Source of the DNA: an uncultured Chloroflexia bacterium
Lineage (GTDB): Bacteria; Chloroflexota; Chloroflexia; QHBQ01; JADMIH01
Length of the DNA: 64,000 bases
Assembly (NCBI GenBank): GCA_963797095.1
Contig: CAWCNY010000006.1
Coordinates: forward strand, 544,001-608,000
Reading direction: 5' to 3'
In this document: positions 60,534 through 64,000 of the stretch, in pieces
Numbering within the stretch: position 1 is the first letter of the stretch
Layout: every line of letters starts with the position of its first letter
The notes under the pieces: generated by a model
Told to the model about the DNA's origin: nothing
The model's database searches: none
What the model saw: only the letters and a program-made list of their open reading frames with translations
Made by a program: the position numbers and the translations under genes

Positions 60534-61142
60534 TTGAGTAGTGACAGAGAATTGCTGGAGATAGGGGCATTCGAGGCGCACCATCTCGTGTCTGACAGGT
60601 GGGCTGACCTGGAGAACCTGTTTGGGAAGAGCGGCGCATATTCCGGCTGCTGGTGCATGTGGTGGCGATTTACTGGGCCAGACTGGAGTGCACACAGGGG
60701 CGAAGGGAACAAGGAGGCTTTTCACGAGGTAGTGAACTCAGGTGAGGTGCCGGGCATATTGGGATACCTGGATGGGGAGCCTGCCGGTTGGTGCGCCATC
60801 GCGCCGAGGAACGCGTATAAGAGACTGAGAGAGGAGAGGGTCAGGATATTCAAGAAGGTGGACGATCAATCTATGTGGACTATCACCTGTTTCTATATAG
60901 GGAGGTCTTACAGGCACAAAGGTCTGATGTTAAGTCTGTTGAACGCTGCGGTTGAATACGCGAAGTCGCAGGGGGCGAGTATTATCGAAGGGTACCCTTT
61001 GGATACGGAAGGCGAGAAGAAGGCGGCGGCTTCGGCATATACAGGACTGATGTCTACATTCGTGAAGGCGGGGTTCGTAGAGGTGATGAGGCGGCACGAA
61101 GGACGACCAATCATGCGGTATTTCGTGACGAGTGACGAGTGA
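60534..61142 (+). CDS. GNAT-family N-acetyltransferase
   Basis: CWCMWWR, GWCAIAPR, TCFYI...R.KG and IEGYP...F..AGF motifs. Confidence 0.88.
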   Translation: MSSDRELLEIGAFEAHHLVSDRWADLENLFGKSGAYSGCWCMWWRFTGPDWSAHRGEGNKEAFHEVVNSGEVPGILGYLDGEPAGWCAIAPRNAYKRLREERVRIFKKVDDQSMWTITCFYIGRSYRHKGLMLSLLNAAVEYAKSQGASIIEGYPLDTEGEKKAAASAYTGLMSTFVKAGFVEVMRRHEGRPIMRYFVTSDE

Positions 61143-61299
61143 CATTACGTGTAGTAATCAGAACTCGATCTATCGGACAGCGCCGGAGGAACTAACACTC
61201 ATCTGACAGATGAGATCAAACAGGGAGCCAGGTCGAGTTCTTCCTCTTGCAGTTTACACGAGTTCGGTTGGCCCTCGATCTTGCACAGATGCAATCGAT

Positions 61300-64000
61300 C
61301 TATGCCTGCCGGTCTGTTGGCTGTATTATCGACGCCATAGCATACTCGACAGCTTGCTCCAGGCTCATAGCTCGCCCTTCCACCCAACCCGCCTGCCACG
61401 CTCTCTCATCCGCCTGCGAGCGGGCTGCGGCCAGGTCTCCGTCGTACTGAGTCCGGTCTGCGGGCGTCAGCGGCACCTTGATCCGCTCCAACAAGGCGTC
61501 CGCAGCCCCAAACAAGCGAGCCGCCCGGTCGATATGCCCTTCCGCTGTCATAACTCCCCCCAGAGCCGCCAGGCACTCAGCTATACCCTGCCTGTTGCCT
61601 TTTTCTTGGTGCATCTTTAGACCCTCGATGATGAGCGAGGACGCCTTCCCGTACTCACCTCTGAGGCGGGCTATCTGGCCCAACTTGTGCAATGCCGACG
61701 CTACGAGCAAAGGAGCGCCTACCTGCCGTGCCTCCATAAGGGAGTCCTCGTACATTTTCTGCGCATTTTCGTAGTTGCCCTCTGAGCGCATCAGGTCCCC
61801 TAATATCACTACCATCCGGGGAAGGACCTGTGCCGATGCGTGCAACTCTCGGAACTCCGCTATGCTCTGCTCCAGGAGATGACGTCCCATGGAATAATCG
61901 CCTGTATAATAGGCGACCATCCCCAGGTCCCCCACCAGCGATGGTGCGATCCCCCTGTCCCCCATCTCGCGGAACACCGAAAGCGACTCCTCGAAGAAAG
62001 CATGCGCCTCTTCGTAATCGAGCTGGTCGAGGAGTGCATGCCCCAGTATGTGGAGTGATTGCGCAAGGTTCAGTCTATCTCCGAACTGCCGCTCGATGGT
62101 TATGCTCTCCTCCAGCCATTTCTGCCCCATCTCGTTATCCGCCTGCCCCCAAGCTATCGTCCCCGCGCCCTGCAACACCTTACCTCGTGCCAGCAGCCAG
62201 GTTCGATCTTCCCTTGGAGTCCCGATGTCCTGGGCGGTGGGTCCGGGCAGTTCGATAGCCCTTTCGAGCCACTGCCTCCCTTCGTTCAAATACCCACGCC
62301 AGTACCAGAATTTCCCCAGCGCTCCGCTCAAATGCAACGCTTTCCCGGCAGCCTTCTCTTCCCCTCTGCTCAGCGACCATTCCAGCGCCGCCCGCAGATT
62401 GTCGTGCTCACCTTCAAGGCGATCCAGTCCGGCTTTTGCCTGAGAGCTGGTCACCTTCTGCTCAGTCTCCTGAGACAATCTCAGGAAGTAGTCCAGGTGG
62501 GTGTCCCGCACCGGCTCGGTTTCACCTGTTTCCATCAGCTTGACGCTCGCATACTGGCGCACCGTCTCCAGCAAGCGGTAACGCACTTTCTGGCCACCCT
62601 CCACCTCCTGCTCCACCACCACGAGCGACTTGTCAATCAGGCGAGAGAGCAGGTCGAGCACATCGAGGCCCTGGATCCCCTCAGTCGAGCATATCGCTTC
62701 GGCGGCCTCCAGGTCCCAGCCACCCATGAAGACCGACAGCCGCCGCAGTAGCGCCCGCTCGTCGTCGGAGAGGAGGTCATAGCTCCAATCCATAGCCGCT
62801 TGCAAGGTCTGTTGCCTCGGCATTGCCGTGCGGCTCCCACCCGTAAGCAGCCGGAAGCGGTCGTCAAGCCGCGCCGCAATCTGCTCCACCGACAGCACTC
62901 TCACCCGCGCTGCCGCCAGCTCGATAGCCAGTGGAATACCGTCCAGCCGCCTGCATATCTCCGTCACTGCATCGGCGTTCTGTTCGGTCAACGCAAAACT
63001 TGGCTCGGCCACGCGGGCGCGCTCGACAAAGAGCTTCACTCCCTCGTACTCAAGCAGCTTATCCAGGCCCGAAACCGTGCGCGGTTCAGGGAGCGACAGA
63101 GACGGCACTCGATATGGTACTTCGCCTCCGATACCCAGCGCCTCACGGCTCGAAGCCAGCATGGAGAGGTGTGGGCACGCGCTTATCAACAGCATGACCA
63201 GGCGAGCACACCTCTCTACCACGTGCTCGCAGTTGTCCAGGAGCAACAGCGTCCTCTTGGGGCGCAGCCGGTCGATGATCATTTCGGTTGGCGTGCCACC
63301 TGCTGACTCGCGGATGCCCAGGGCCGTCGCCACGGCCTGGGGCACAAGCTGGGCATCCGCTATGGGCGCAAGCTCTACAAGCCACACGCCGTCAGGGTAC
63401 ACGTCGAGCAGTTGAGCGGCCACCTGCAACATCAGCCTGGTCTTGCCGGTCCCGCCCGGACCTGTCAGCGTGAGCAAGCGGGTCCCTTCCTGGGGATGCG
63501 GGGCAGAACCGGCTCCCATCGCTTCCTGGCCTGACCCAGGCACGAGCAGGAGTTTCACCTCCTCGATCTCGCGCTCGCGCCCCACGAAAGTGGTCAACTG
63601 TATCGGTAGGTTGTTGGGCATGCTATCGAGCGACTTCAGCGGCGGAAACTCTGCGCGCAAGCCTGGGCCAACCACCTGGAATATGCGCTCCGGGCGTTGC
63701 AGATCCTTCAGGCGGTGCTCCCCCAGGTTGCGTAGCGTCACACCCTCCGGCAGGCTCTCGCTCACCAATTCCTGAGTGGCGTCGCTAGCCAGCGCCTGGC
63801 CTCCGTGCGCCACCGCTCGCAATCGCGCGCAGCGATTTACAGCGCTGCCGTAATAGTCGCCCTCCCGCAGGTCTGCCTCTCCGGTGTGAAGCGCTAACCT
63901 GACTTGCAAAGATATAGGCGTGGGCCACTGCTCAGACTGAAGGGCCTGTTGCATGGCGGCAGCAGCAGTTACTGCATTAGTAGCTCGTGAGAAGACAGCA
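61300..64000 (-). CDS. Adenylate/guanylate cyclase-like domain + STAND ATPase + TPR protein (5' end beyond the window)
   Basis: LHTGEA...DYYG.AVNR.ARL...AHGGQ, LGEHRLKDL, GPGGTGKT, LDNCEHV and TPRs. The frame stays open to the window edge. Confidence 0.92.
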   Translation of the reverse strand, partial: AVFSRATNAVTAAAAMQQALQSEQWPTPISLQVRLALHTGEADLREGDYYGSAVNRCARLRAVAHGGQALASDATQELVSESLPEGVTLRNLGEHRLKDLQRPERIFQVVGPGLRAEFPPLKSLDSMPNNLPIQLTTFVGREREIEEVKLLLVPGSGQEAMGAGSAPHPQEGTRLLTLTGPGGTGKTRLMLQVAAQLLDVYPDGVWLVELAPIADAQLVPQAVATALGIRESAGGTPTEMIIDRLRPKRTLLLLDNCEHVVERCARLVMLLISACPHLSMLASSREALGIGGEVPYRVPSLSLPEPRTVSGLDKLLEYEGVKLFVERARVAEPSFALTEQNADAVTEICRRLDGIPLAIELAAARVRVLSVEQIAARLDDRFRLLTGGSRTAMPRQQTLQAAMDWSYDLLSDDERALLRRLSVFMGGWDLEAAEAICSTEGIQGLDVLDLLSRLIDKSLVVVEQEVEGGQKVRYRLLETVRQYASVKLMETGETEPVRDTHLDYFLRLSQETEQKVTSSQAKAGLDRLEGEHDNLRAALEWSLSRGEEKAAGKALHLSGALGKFWYWRGYLNEGRQWLERAIELPGPTAQDIGTPREDRTWLLARGKVLQGAGTIAWGQADNEMGQKWLEESITIERQFGDRLNLAQSLHILGHALLDQLDYEEAHAFFEESLSVFREMGDRGIAPSLVGDLGMVAYYTGDYSMGRHLLEQSIAEFRELHASAQVLPRMVVILGDLMRSEGNYENAQKMYEDSLMEARQVGAPLLVASALHKLGQIARLRGEYGKASSLIIEGLKMHQEKGNRQGIAECLAALGGVMTAEGHIDRAARLFGAADALLERIKVPLTPADRTQYDGDLAAARSQADERAWQAGWVEGRAMSLEQAVEYAMASIIQPTDRQA

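Overview
A 64 kb GC-rich bacterial chromosomal segment, most likely from Chloroflexota (inferred from the gene repertoire: Pro/Thr-linker secreted proteins, STAND-TPR regulators and heptamer intergenic repeats). Housekeeping and stress genes are dnaJ-hspR-clpC (clpC frameshifted), guaB, rpsO-pnp and mobA. Also present are a VapBC-type TA pair, transporters and a small stress-protein locus driven by twin sigma54-like promoters. A P450/DUF1772/LuxR-STAND neighbourhood and a run of secreted or lipoprotein beta-propeller genes lie in the second half. The most notable region is a ~19 kb glycan locus (17.8-36.4 kb). It holds a priming phosphotransferase, a GT4, two flippase-type proteins, a UDP-xylose synthase-like enzyme, an epimerase, a stand-alone O-antigen-ligase-like protein, a membrane-anchored clan GH-A hydrolase and a GH-A/O-antigen-ligase fusion. 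An ECF sigma and a Pro/Thr-rich anti-sigma-like protein are embedded in it. I recognised no rRNA, tRNA, CRISPR array or transposase. All product calls come from motif recognition by eye, with no database search.
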